Positions 37,623 to 45,738 of a stretch of 64,000 nt of DNA are shown one piece after another (within the stretch, counting starts at the first letter, position 1; each line of letters begins with the position of its first letter). Made by a program: the position numbers and the translations under genes. The notes beneath the pieces are model-generated. The model was not told the origin of the DNA. It saw nothing but the letters and a program-made list of their open reading frames with translations, and searched no databases. This DNA comes from a virus (taxonomy: Duplodnaviria; Caudoviricetes): the IMG/VR virus record IMGVR_UViG_3300025909_000005; one strand, given 5' to 3'.

Positions 37623-38857
37623 TTTACAAGGTCTCCTCGACCAAGCAGCTGCACTTCTCTGATCCGCTCCATGTGGGGCGGTTCTACCCACATGCGCAGC
37701 GTGTGCACCAAGGGAAGATGCAGGAACGCCAAGACCTGATCCTCTACCTCGCGAGCATTCACGAGGCGGCGATCAAGTCTGGCATGCCTCGTGGTTTCTG
37801 TCGGATTCCGATGCGGCTCACGAGTCTGAAGGAATGGGTGCACGACTACAAGGGTGCGTTCAATCACTTCTTCACGATCGTCGAGTCAGGCTACCACATC
37901 GGCGATGATTGGCAGTACAGCGTCATCATCCCGAACGAGCTGCCACGGGATCCTGACTTCGAGCACACCGAGCGGAAACTCGTGTACGTTCCACCTCCAG
38001 TCCCCGCTCAGGGTGTCGTGTCGAAGGTGTTCGTGCAGGTGCAGAAGAAGGAGCCCATCCTCAAGAAGCTGGCCACGAACAACCGCCTGGACCTCTACGC
38101 TCCAGTCGAGTGGCTCCTGTCCCAGCCAACCAACGAGTTCAACTTCTACTTCATCCCATCTGGGAAGCTGCAGATGCGGGATACCTCGATCTGGCCAATC
38201 GCGGCCATCGAGACCTGGCCCTCGTGGCTGCGTGAGGATCTCTTTGGCCCTGGCATTGACATCGAGGCCGCGTACACCCAGTTCCTGATCGAGGGAGTTC
38301 GCAAGGCATACGAGAAGGAACCGGACATGGTTCGGATTCTCTACCCAGACCTGCTGCGTTCACTCGAGGACAAGACGCAGTGGCGCCGAGAGATCTGTGA
38401 AGATGTGCTCGGCATGGAGTGGAATGACCACAGCGTGGGCGTGGTGAAGAAGATCTGCATGAGCCTGGCCAACGGTTCAAAGATCTCACCTGGGATCCTG
38501 CTCTCGGAGATGGGTCACTCAATGACTCGCAACATTATCCTCGAAGAGTCGGCAGACGTGACTGCAAGCAAACTGATCCACATCGGTCAACGGCTCCTCA
38601 CCATTTCACGACAGTACTCCGCAGCAAAGAAGGTGGTGTGCAGGTGGGAGCTCGGCTTGGCACCAACCAGGGCCAACCAGAAGAAGGTCTTCGCTGGCTA
38701 CTTCGAGTGGGAACGTGAGGCGCGCTACAAGATCTGGGAAAGTGTTGGGAGACACGGGATCATGGTGCACGATGGGATCGACGGCATTCCTGAAGAGGAG
38801 CTCAGCCGAATCCCTGAGATCATTTCGAGCTTGAACTTGAAGCTGACCCGCTCTTAG
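37619..38857 (+). CDS. Compact family-A/T7-RNAP-superfamily polymerase-like protein (412 aa)
   Basis: SGKLQ...WLREDLF...GIDIEAAYTQFL (motif A), VVKKICMSLANG (motif B) and IMVHDGID (motif C), in the canonical order. Confidence 0.55.
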   Translation: MIYKVSSTKQLHFSDPLHVGRFYPHAQRVHQGKMQERQDLILYLASIHEAAIKSGMPRGFCRIPMRLTSLKEWVHDYKGAFNHFFTIVESGYHIGDDWQYSVIIPNELPRDPDFEHTERKLVYVPPPVPAQGVVSKVFVQVQKKEPILKKLATNNRLDLYAPVEWLLSQPTNEFNFYFIPSGKLQMRDTSIWPIAAIETWPSWLREDLFGPGIDIEAAYTQFLIEGVRKAYEKEPDMVRILYPDLLRSLEDKTQWRREICEDVLGMEWNDHSVGVVKKICMSLANGSKISPGILLSEMGHSMTRNIILEESADVTASKLIHIGQRLLTISRQYSAAKKVVCRWELGLAPTRANQKKVFAGYFEWEREARYKIWESVGRHGIMVHDGIDGIPEEELSRIPEIISSLNLKLTRS

Positions 38858-39215
38858 ACGGGAAGATCATCACGAAGCGGTACCGGTCGGAGTGCGTGAA
38901 CTTCTGACCGGTTACCTTCACGTCTGAGTTCTGCTTCTTGATGAGATCGAGGTACTGCTTCATGCGCACGTCGGCGATCGGCGGGCTCTTTGGCGTGATT
39001 AGAGTTACCACAGCCTCGTAGTGAAACTTGTCAGGGCTACGAGGATCCTCAACCTTGACCCTCACATAGGACTGGAATGACAAACCCTTAATCTGCCTTG
39101 CGAGCATGCGAAGGGTGTACTCGGCCTTGTGCGGGTCTGACAGTGACGTGGTGACGTCATCGTAGTGGCCCTTAAGCTTGTCAAGGGCTTCGAGGAATTG
39201 GCGGAAGGTTTGCAT
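38820..39215 (-). CDS. Putative internal head protein, leader MQTFRQFLE-ALDKLKGHYD (131 aa)
   Basis: Leader motif. TAAATA 6 nt upstream of the ATG. 3' end overlaps the convergent gene. Confidence 0.65.
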   Translation of the reverse strand: MQTFRQFLEALDKLKGHYDDVTTSLSDPHKAEYTLRMLARQIKGLSFQSYVRVKVEDPRSPDKFHYEAVVTLITPKSPPIADVRMKQYLDLIKKQNSDVKVTGQKFTHSDRYRFVMIFPSKSGSASSSSSK

Positions 39216-39221
39216 TGGTGC

Positions 39222-39227
39222 TATTTA
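39222..39227 (-). promoter_or_regulatory. Late promoter core TAAATA
   Basis: 6 nt before ATG 39215. Confidence 0.75.
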
Positions 39228-39252
39228 GCCACTAATGCTATTACCCGTGCGC

Positions 39253-39576
39253 TCACCACTGCTGCGGGTCTTCAATCTCAACCCAGTGCTTCGCGTCTTT
39301 TTTGTAGATGAAGTGAGTTGAACTAGTTCGATCAACCTCAGTTCCGTCGGGTTTGTATGTCTCGTCGTTTCCGAAGCCCTTACGCTGCCCGATCCAGCCC
39401 TCGAGATGATAGAGGGAGTTCCATTGGTCGTACCACGCATGGATCGTGAATTGAGAAGGCTCGTACTTGCCGACCGCCAAGCACCATTCAGCCATGCGTT
39501 TGCGGAACTTCGCAGCCATCCCGGCTGGAAGCTTGGTCGGTGGCTCTACAGTCTTGGCAAGGTCTTTGAGTTTCAT
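39253..39576 (-). CDS. Small late protein starting MKLKDLAK (107 aa)
   Basis: TAAATA 5 nt upstream of the ATG. Starts with the LKDLAK motif. Confidence 0.6.
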   Translation of the reverse strand: MKLKDLAKTVEPPTKLPAGMAAKFRKRMAEWCLAVGKYEPSQFTIHAWYDQWNSLYHLEGWIGQRKGFGNDETYKPDGTEVDRTSSTHFIYKKDAKHWVEIEDPQQW

Positions 39577-39581
39577 GCCGG

Positions 39582-39587
39582 TATTTA
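39582..39587 (-). promoter_or_regulatory. Late promoter core TAAATA
   Basis: 5 nt before ATG 39576. Confidence 0.75.
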
Positions 39588-39590
39588 GGA

Positions 39591-39815
39591 TCAGTAGACC
39601 GGGAACGTTGCCTTTGACGCCGCCTCAAGGCGTTTGTTGACGAAGGCAACAGCCAGGTCTCTCTCCAGCGGCGTCATCTCAAGAACGGTCTCATACGGCC
39701 AGGCACCGCGAGAGAAGTAGGAGACCTCCAGCGCGGTCTGGAGCAGGTTGCGTGTGTCGATACCCAGAGTCGTGATCATTTCGGCGATCCTGCTCTCATC
39801 GCCGGACATGATCAT
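39591..39815 (-). CDS. Small baseplate-hub/tail assembly chaperone module (74 aa), possibly expressed as a -1 frameshift extension of the upstream gene
   Basis: LEVSYFSRGAWPYETVLEMTPLERDLAVAFVNKRLE. The frame is open across the upstream slippery site. Confidence 0.7.
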   Translation of the reverse strand: MIMSGDESRIAEMITTLGIDTRNLLQTALEVSYFSRGAWPYETVLEMTPLERDLAVAFVNKRLEAASKATFPVY

Positions 39816-39827
39816 TCTGTGAAAAAA
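39773..39827 (-). other. Candidate -1 programmed ribosomal frameshift signal (slippery T TTT TTC plus stimulatory hairpin)
   Basis: In-frame heptamer at 39827-39821 and 6-nt spacer. TGATCAT/ATGATCA and CGGCGAT/ATCGCCG stems lie between 39814 and 39773. Confidence 0.7.
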
Positions 39828-40636
39828 GAGATCGGGTTGACCGGGAGGTCGACCTTCATGTCCTTCTTGCAGTCCTTGCAACAGAGCGTGACAGTCTGTG
39901 ATGGACCCCAGGTGTTTGTCTTCTCGATGGTCTCTGTGATCCGGTTCTGCCAAGGAGTCGTGATGCCGGAAACCCACTCACGAATCTGCTTCTTGTCTTC
40001 GATCCCGTCCACTGACTTGATCAGTGAGGTCAGGGTTACGACGACGTTCTCCTTGATGTCTTCAGTCTCAAACTTCTTCTTGCCTGCGTTCAGGTGGAAG
40101 AGCTTGATCATGTGAGCGAACTTCACAGGTTCGACCTTTACAACCTGTCCGTTGGGAAGCGTGCAGGTGTACTCCTCTTCGATCGTGGTTGGGTCCAGCA
40201 TCGGCATGTTCATGACGAGCTGCTCGATGTTCACGGAGTAGCCGTGCTCGGTGTGCTTGACCTTCTCAGAGCCATCTGGGAGGGTGAGCGTCTTCTTGGA
40301 CTCCTCGCAGTCGTGCGTGACTTGAATGTCGAAGTTCGGTCCATACGTCACCAACCTGAGGAAGTACATGATCGCGTCGATGTCGCGGCCGTAGAGCTCC
40401 GTTGCCTTCTTGATCTGCGGGATGCACTCAGCGAAGACACGCTCGATCGCCTTGCCGTTGAACAGGGTGTCTGGGTTCTTCAGGTCAATCTCAGCGAGAG
40501 CTGAGAGGGCGTGAACGTGGATCTCACCCTCCGACGCGTCGATCTCACCGTTCTTGTACAGAGCACCACGGGATGGGAGCTGAAACGTCTTGCCAGGAAG
40601 CTTGATCTTGGCAAGAAGCGGGTTTGTTGTGTCCAT
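39812..40636 (-). CDS. gp26: Baseplate hub assembly protein, T4 gp26/gp51 family (274 aa)
   Basis: Start ATG 40636 with SD GGAG. FQLPSRG...DIDAIMYFLRLVTYG...HDC...TLCCKDC...LPVNPISFF. Confidence 0.78.
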   Translation of the reverse strand: MDTTNPLLAKIKLPGKTFQLPSRGALYKNGEIDASEGEIHVHALSALAEIDLKNPDTLFNGKAIERVFAECIPQIKKATELYGRDIDAIMYFLRLVTYGPNFDIQVTHDCEESKKTLTLPDGSEKVKHTEHGYSVNIEQLVMNMPMLDPTTIEEEYTCTLPNGQVVKVEPVKFAHMIKLFHLNAGKKKFETEDIKENVVVTLTSLIKSVDGIEDKKQIREWVSGITTPWQNRITETIEKTNTWGPSQTVTLCCKDCKKDMKVDLPVNPISFFTE

Positions 40637-40656
40637 CTGGGGTTTCTCCAATGTCA

Positions 40657-40662
40657 TAAATA
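40657..40662 (+). promoter_or_regulatory. Late promoter core TAAATA for the tape measure gene
   Basis: Intergenic. Confidence 0.7.
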
Positions 40663-40680
40663 TGTCTCTCAGGATCATGA

Positions 40681-40686
40681 TATTTA
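40681..40686 (-). promoter_or_regulatory. Late promoter core TAAATA for the gp26-like gene
   Basis: Intergenic, facing the 40657 promoter. Confidence 0.7.
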
Positions 40687-40723
40687 CGCACTGGGCCAAA
40701 CGCCCGCCGGGACACCCATCAGG

Positions 40724-43522
40724 ATGGCAGTAGAAGACGACATTCTCAAGGTTCTACAACGAATCGAGAAGGCCTTTGGTAACTCAAGCGCTACCATTGG
40801 TGGGGGTGGCGGCGTCAATCGTCGCGTGCTTCCAACCGGCCAAAGTGTAGGCGCTGATTCAGCGAAGGCGCAGCAGCTTTCCAAGAAGGATCAAGCCGAC
40901 CAGAGCAAGCACTTCAAGGCCACAACCAAGTCGTTGACCGACCTTGGAGACGTAGCTGACGCCCTCGGCAAGCAGTTCAACGGCCTCGGTAAGACGGTTT
41001 TCAACACTCGCGCGAACTTCGTGCAGATGAACCGCTCGATGCGCGCCTACGTCAAGGGCGTCGCGGGTGGAGCAAGTGGTGGCGGTGGTGAGACCATTAG
41101 CCAAGCCGATGTCAAGAAGGCAGCAGCTGGTCCAGCGCGGACAGGTGGTCGCACTGGCGGGGGCGGTGGTGGCGGTGGTGTACTTGACCTGCTTCACGCT
41201 GACGCGGGTGGCAGCGGTGTAAAGCGCATTCTCGGCTCGGTCATTCAGCAGACGTTCAAGCCTGCTGGTCAAATGGTTAAGACTGCCGAAGGCGACACTG
41301 TTGAACAGATCCTGTCTTTCGGTAAGAAGTACGAAGTCACAGCTGCATCCATCGTAGGTGTTGGCACCGCACTCGTCAAGGCAGTAAAGCCGCTCGCTGA
41401 GGACTTCCTCTTCCTTCAGAGCCAGTCGTTCAACGCTGGCTCGTCAATGATTGACCTCTACAAGAACGCTGCTGCAGCGGGTATGTCACTGAAGGACTAC
41501 ACCAAGCTCCTTCAAGAGAACAACTCGCTGCTGACCCGTTCAGCTTCGATTGACGACTTCAACAAGAAGATTCAGGGAACAGTTCAAAGCCTGAACAGCT
41601 TCGGCATCTTTGGTGAGCAGGCCACGGCTCTCGCGGCAACGTTCGCCAACTCTGCCACGATGGTCGGTGTTGCTCAAGGCAACCTCGATCAAGTCAGCCG
41701 TCCTCTTGAGAAGATGTTTGAGACCCTGGCGACGAACGTCGGTCTCACAGCTGATCAATTCAGGGAGATGACGAAGACGCTCGCTGACAACGAGGACATT
41801 CAAGACTCCCTCATCGGCCTTGCAAAGAAGGACCGTGCGGCGCGCTTCGTTGAGTACGTTCAGACGCAGACTCTCGGTCTTGCAATGGGCGGCACCGTCA
41901 AGCAGTCGAATGCACTTGCTCAGGCCCTGCTTGACCAGCGCAAGGCCTCCGTTCAAGACACGTTCCAGCAGTCAGGCACCCTCAGCCAAGCTGGCGCCAT
42001 CTTCGGTATGGACCCCGGCCAAATCGAAGCCGCTCGCCGCATCTCATTGAAGTCAGAGGCAACTCAGACTGAACAAGAAAAGACACTGCTCGCCAACGTT
42101 ACTGGTGAGCTCGATCAGCGCCTCTCAGCTGCTGAGAACAGCAACGACCTGAACACTCGTAACATCGCCCAGTCGCTGCGGGCCGGTCTTGGCAACCTTG
42201 GTAAGATTGGTCAGGCACGAGCTCGCATCGGCCTTGCTGCTGACTCTGGCGACAACCAAGGCGTGAACAAGGACTTCACACGTGGAGTTGACAAGTTCGG
42301 TGAGTTCGTAGGTCAGCTGACGACATGGGGCAAGGGCCTCGCGGCCAATCCAATCGCTGAGGCCATCATTGGTGGCGTCACCTCCGGTCTGACGACGCTC
42401 ATTGGCACGAAGGTTGGCGCCAACATCTTTGGTCGCATCTTCGGCAAGGGCACGGCCGCAGCTACTGGCGATGCAGCCAATGTCGGTAAGTTCTTCACTG
42501 AATCCGAGAAGGCAGCTCAGGCAGCGACCACTGCTGGAGCAGAAGCCACTGCGGCTGCCGAAGGTGCGGCTGCAACGGGTGAAGCTGCCGTCGCAGTTGA
42601 CGCGGCTGCTGTTACGGCTTCGACTGGAATTGGAACTGCTCTTGGCACGTTTGGCAAGATCCTGGCAAAGGGACCAATCATTGCTGCCTTCGTGGACGGC
42701 ATTGAAGAGGCGTTCACCGGCGCCCTTGCAAATGCACTCGACCCAAATGGCGGCCTTTTCGGGCGCATTGAAGGCGTCGCGATCGCAGCCTTCTCAGCCA
42801 TTCCGCAGATGCTCATTGATGCCTTGTCCTGGGCGATCGGCCCAGATGCGCTCAAGCCAATCCAGCACTACTTTGACATGTTCAAGACCGGCCTCGCCTT
42901 CGGCATCAACACGCTCATCTTCGGTTTGCTTCACGCCATCTCGTTCGTCACCGACCTCTTGCCAAAGGATTCTGGTCTTCGCAAGATGGTTGAGAATGGT
43001 CAAGAGACGTTTGCAGCCGCGATGTCCGCGAATGAAGAGACGATGGCGAAGCTGCAGGACGGCAACGACAAAACTCTCAAGGAAGTTGGTGATGCCAACA
43101 AGGCAGCAGCAAAGGTTGCAACTACCACTGCGAGCGCCGCCACGGCAAACATCCAGCAGGCGGCAGGCGTTCTCACGAGTACAAACAATCTCGCCGGCTC
43201 TGTGCTTACAACGGCTCAAGGTATCGCTGCTTCACCAGCTGCACAAACTCGCCCAAGTGTCAATTCGGGAGCTGTAAATACGCCAGCAAATGGAACCAAC
43301 CCAGATGGAACTCCAGCGATTGCGACCGCTCCTGGTACGACAACCACAGGAGCGCCTGCTGCTCCTGACATGCCAACTCAACTGGCTCAGGTGATCCAGC
43401 TTCTTACGAAGATGTTGGACAGCGAACAAGCACAGGCAAGTGGTCTTACGTCTCTGGCTTCTGCTCTTGGTCGCCCAACGTTCACGGACAACACCGCTGT
43501 TGCCGCGAACCTCATCATGTAA
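40724..43522 (+). CDS. Tape measure protein (932 aa)
   Basis: Start reassigned to ATG 40724 (SD AGGA). Long Ala/Gly-rich helical ORF with amphipathic repeats, next to the hub chaperones and before the portal. Confidence 0.75.
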   Translation: MAVEDDILKVLQRIEKAFGNSSATIGGGGGVNRRVLPTGQSVGADSAKAQQLSKKDQADQSKHFKATTKSLTDLGDVADALGKQFNGLGKTVFNTRANFVQMNRSMRAYVKGVAGGASGGGGETISQADVKKAAAGPARTGGRTGGGGGGGGVLDLLHADAGGSGVKRILGSVIQQTFKPAGQMVKTAEGDTVEQILSFGKKYEVTAASIVGVGTALVKAVKPLAEDFLFLQSQSFNAGSSMIDLYKNAAAAGMSLKDYTKLLQENNSLLTRSASIDDFNKKIQGTVQSLNSFGIFGEQATALAATFANSATMVGVAQGNLDQVSRPLEKMFETLATNVGLTADQFREMTKTLADNEDIQDSLIGLAKKDRAARFVEYVQTQTLGLAMGGTVKQSNALAQALLDQRKASVQDTFQQSGTLSQAGAIFGMDPGQIEAARRISLKSEATQTEQEKTLLANVTGELDQRLSAAENSNDLNTRNIAQSLRAGLGNLGKIGQARARIGLAADSGDNQGVNKDFTRGVDKFGEFVGQLTTWGKGLAANPIAEAIIGGVTSGLTTLIGTKVGANIFGRIFGKGTAAATGDAANVGKFFTESEKAAQAATTAGAEATAAAEGAAATGEAAVAVDAAAVTASTGIGTALGTFGKILAKGPIIAAFVDGIEEAFTGALANALDPNGGLFGRIEGVAIAAFSAIPQMLIDALSWAIGPDALKPIQHYFDMFKTGLAFGINTLIFGLLHAISFVTDLLPKDSGLRKMVENGQETFAAAMSANEETMAKLQDGNDKTLKEVGDANKAAAKVATTTASAATANIQQAAGVLTSTNNLAGSVLTTAQGIAASPAAQTRPSVNSGAVNTPANGTNPDGTPAIATAPGTTTTGAPAAPDMPTQLAQVIQLLTKMLDSEQAQASGLTSLASALGRPTFTDNTAVAANLIM
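43275..43280 (+). promoter_or_regulatory. Embedded late promoter TAAATA in the 3' end of the tape measure gene
   Basis: About 250 nt upstream of the portal; encoded as GTA AAT. Confidence 0.5.
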
Positions 43523-43531
43523 GGAACGCCC

Positions 43532-45268
43532 TTGGCACAGCTCCAAAACTACTGGCGCATTATTACGCCAGCATCACGTAAGCAGTTGTATACGACACTG
43601 TCGGTAGACGCCTACGATCCGCGCACCACTGACAACTCGTCGATGACGTCCGTGCAGTGGTACTCACAGGTTCTTCGTGGTCTAGGTACTCGTCAAGCGA
43701 ACTACAAGCAGTACGATGCCATGGACATGGACATCGACATCAACCGCTCTCTCGACATCATCGCTGAGGAAATGTCTGGCAAGGACGAGAAGACCGGTTT
43801 GCCGTTCGAGATCGAGTACCAGAAGGAAGACAACCAAGACATCAGCGACACGACTGCTGTCACCCTTCGCCAGGCTGTCCGCCAGTGGTCGTCCACGCAG
43901 GACCTGAACAAGCGCATCTTCTCGATCGCCCGTCAGATGGTCAAGTACGGTGACTGCTTCTTCCGCAAGGTCTCTGACACTCAGAAGTGGGCGGCCGTTG
44001 ATCCATCTCTGGTGCACGGCATTGAGATCGACATGCTCGGCAACAAGATCGCCTATCACTTGAAGAAGCCAACGAACAACACGTTCTACGGTTCCAAGAA
44101 CGAGCAGATGGAAGTGGTGCCAGCCTCGGCCATGATTCACTTCACGCTGTCTGACGACATGGGCGACTCAGCACCGTTCGGTAACTCCGTGCTCCGCCCA
44201 ATTCACCGCGTCTACCGCCAGCTCTCCATGCTGGAAGACGCCGTCATCATCTACCGCATCGTTCGCGCACCTGAGCGTCGCCTGTTCTACATCGACGTCG
44301 GCAACATGCCACCTCAGCGCGTGAAGCAGTACCTCGAACAGATCAAGAACGAGATGCGACAGAAGCGGATCCCGGGTGTGAACGGTGGCAAGGACACCGT
44401 CGACGGTCAGCTTGACCCAATGTCCATTCAGGAAGACATGTTCTTCCCTGTCACCGCAGGTGGCCGTGGCTCACGCGTTGAGACCCTGCCTGGCGGCACT
44501 GAGGACTTCGGTACGAACCTGATCAAGCTGTTCCAAGACAAGATCTTCCGCGGTCTCCGCATCCCAACCTCGTACATGACTGGTACGGATGGTCAGGGTG
44601 CGCAGTACAACGACGGCAAGGTCGGTATTGCCTACATCGAGGAACTGCGCTTCGCTCAGTTCATTCGTCGTATGCAGGACCGCCTCGATGAGATCTTCGA
44701 CGAAGAGTTCAAGATCTACCTGAAGGTTCTCGGTCTGAAGGTCGATGATGAGATCTTCCGCATCAAGCTCCCAGATCCAGCCAATTTCGCCCTGTACCGT
44801 CAGGCCGCCCTTGACGCTGACCTGATTGGTTCGTTCAACAACATTGCCGCTGAGAAGACCTTGAGCCGCCGCTTCATCCTGAAGCGCTACCTCGGCCTGA
44901 CCGACGACGAGATCCAGATGAACGAAGTGATGCTCAAGGAAGAGCGTGGCATCCTCGAGAACGCCAACATCCCATCGATCCAGCAGATGTACGACCCAGC
45001 CGTCTACGACAACCGTGAAGCTCTCACGGTCGAGGCTGCGTCTCCTGATGCTCCTCAAGGTTCTGGCCCATCGGCCGGTGGAGATGAGGGCGGTGGTGGC
45101 GGTGGAGGAGGCGGGGAGACCGGCTTCTTCGATGAGACCGGTGGCGGTGGAGGTGAAGAAGGTGGTGGAGGTGGAGGTGGAGGTGAAGAAGCCGCTCCTG
45201 AAACTGGAGGCGCCCCAACTCCTGCACCTGCTCCGGCCCCAGCAACAGCACCTGGCCCATCGGCATGA
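43532..45268 (+). CDS. gp20: Portal protein, T4 gp20-like, with Gly/Glu/Pro-rich C-terminal tail (578 aa, TTG start)
   Basis: LSMLEDAVIIYRIVRAPERRLFYIDVGNMPPQRVKQYLEQIKN, EDMFFP...GRGSRVETLPGG and ELRFAQFIRRMQ. Confidence 0.95.
   Translation: MAQLQNYWRIITPASRKQLYTTLSVDAYDPRTTDNSSMTSVQWYSQVLRGLGTRQANYKQYDAMDMDIDINRSLDIIAEEMSGKDEKTGLPFEIEYQKEDNQDISDTTAVTLRQAVRQWSSTQDLNKRIFSIARQMVKYGDCFFRKVSDTQKWAAVDPSLVHGIEIDMLGNKIAYHLKKPTNNTFYGSKNEQMEVVPASAMIHFTLSDDMGDSAPFGNSVLRPIHRVYRQLSMLEDAVIIYRIVRAPERRLFYIDVGNMPPQRVKQYLEQIKNEMRQKRIPGVNGGKDTVDGQLDPMSIQEDMFFPVTAGGRGSRVETLPGGTEDFGTNLIKLFQDKIFRGLRIPTSYMTGTDGQGAQYNDGKVGIAYIEELRFAQFIRRMQDRLDEIFDEEFKIYLKVLGLKVDDEIFRIKLPDPANFALYRQAALDADLIGSFNNIAAEKTLSRRFILKRYLGLTDDEIQMNEVMLKEERGILENANIPSIQQMYDPAVYDNREALTVEAASPDAPQGSGPSAGGDEGGGGGGGGGETGFFDETGGGGGEEGGGGGGGGEEAAPETGGAPTPAPAPAPATAPGPSA
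45063..45264 (+). repeat. Low-complexity GGT/GGA/GGC and Pro-Ala repeats encoding the portal C-terminal tail
   Basis: GGGGGGGG runs, EE pairs and APAPAPAP. Confidence 0.8.
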
Positions 45269-45702
45269 CCCTTCTTCTTGAAGTAACCTCAGGTTTCACC
45301 TACAAGATGGTGCGTGGGCCTGAGCTCTACGAGAAGCTCTGGCACCTGCCGGAGAATGAGGAGCTGCACAAGCGGATCAAGTACCTGTCAAGTGGTTACA
45401 GCGACTACAAGGAAGAGATTGACTGGCTCTGTCTTGAGGGTAGGAAGATTGTCGGCGTAGCCGGATTCAAGAACAACCCGTACGACAAGAACGACATGTG
45501 GATCACCTTCATCTCAGTCGATCCTGACTATCGGGAGAAGGGAATTGGCCAAGAGCTCGCCCGAAAGGTCATTCAGTTCGCAGCCAAGCACAAGCTCTCT
45601 GTCACACCATCTAGCTACACGGCCATGGGCCAGAAGTCTCTCAAGAAAATCATCGATTCTGAGGCTGAAAAGCTCGGTGTAACAGTGAACAAAGAAGGCT
45701 GA
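45265..45702 (+). CDS. GNAT-family acetyltransferase (145 aa)
   Basis: ITFISVDPDYREKGIGQELARKV is the acetyl-CoA binding motif A. Leader MTLLLE. Confidence 0.85.
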   Translation: MTLLLEVTSGFTYKMVRGPELYEKLWHLPENEELHKRIKYLSSGYSDYKEEIDWLCLEGRKIVGVAGFKNNPYDKNDMWITFISVDPDYREKGIGQELARKVIQFAAKHKLSVTPSSYTAMGQKSLKKIIDSEAEKLGVTVNKEG

Positions 45703-45706
45703 TCCA

Positions 45707-45712
45707 TAAATA
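45707..45712 (+). promoter_or_regulatory. Late promoter core TAAATA
   Basis: Upstream of the protease. Confidence 0.75.
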
Positions 45713-45738
45713 CGGGATCTAACCCAGAAGGAATAAGC

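Noticed and set aside
40511-40723. Upstream extension of the tape measure ORF in the track (1003 aa)
   Set aside because: It overlaps the divergent gp26-like gene and promoters. ATG 40724 has an SD and follows the late promoter.
45063-45264. GGT/GGA runs as a contingency microsatellite
   Set aside because: Codons are mixed (GGT/GGC/GGA) and in-frame, consistent with selection for poly-Gly rather than slippage.
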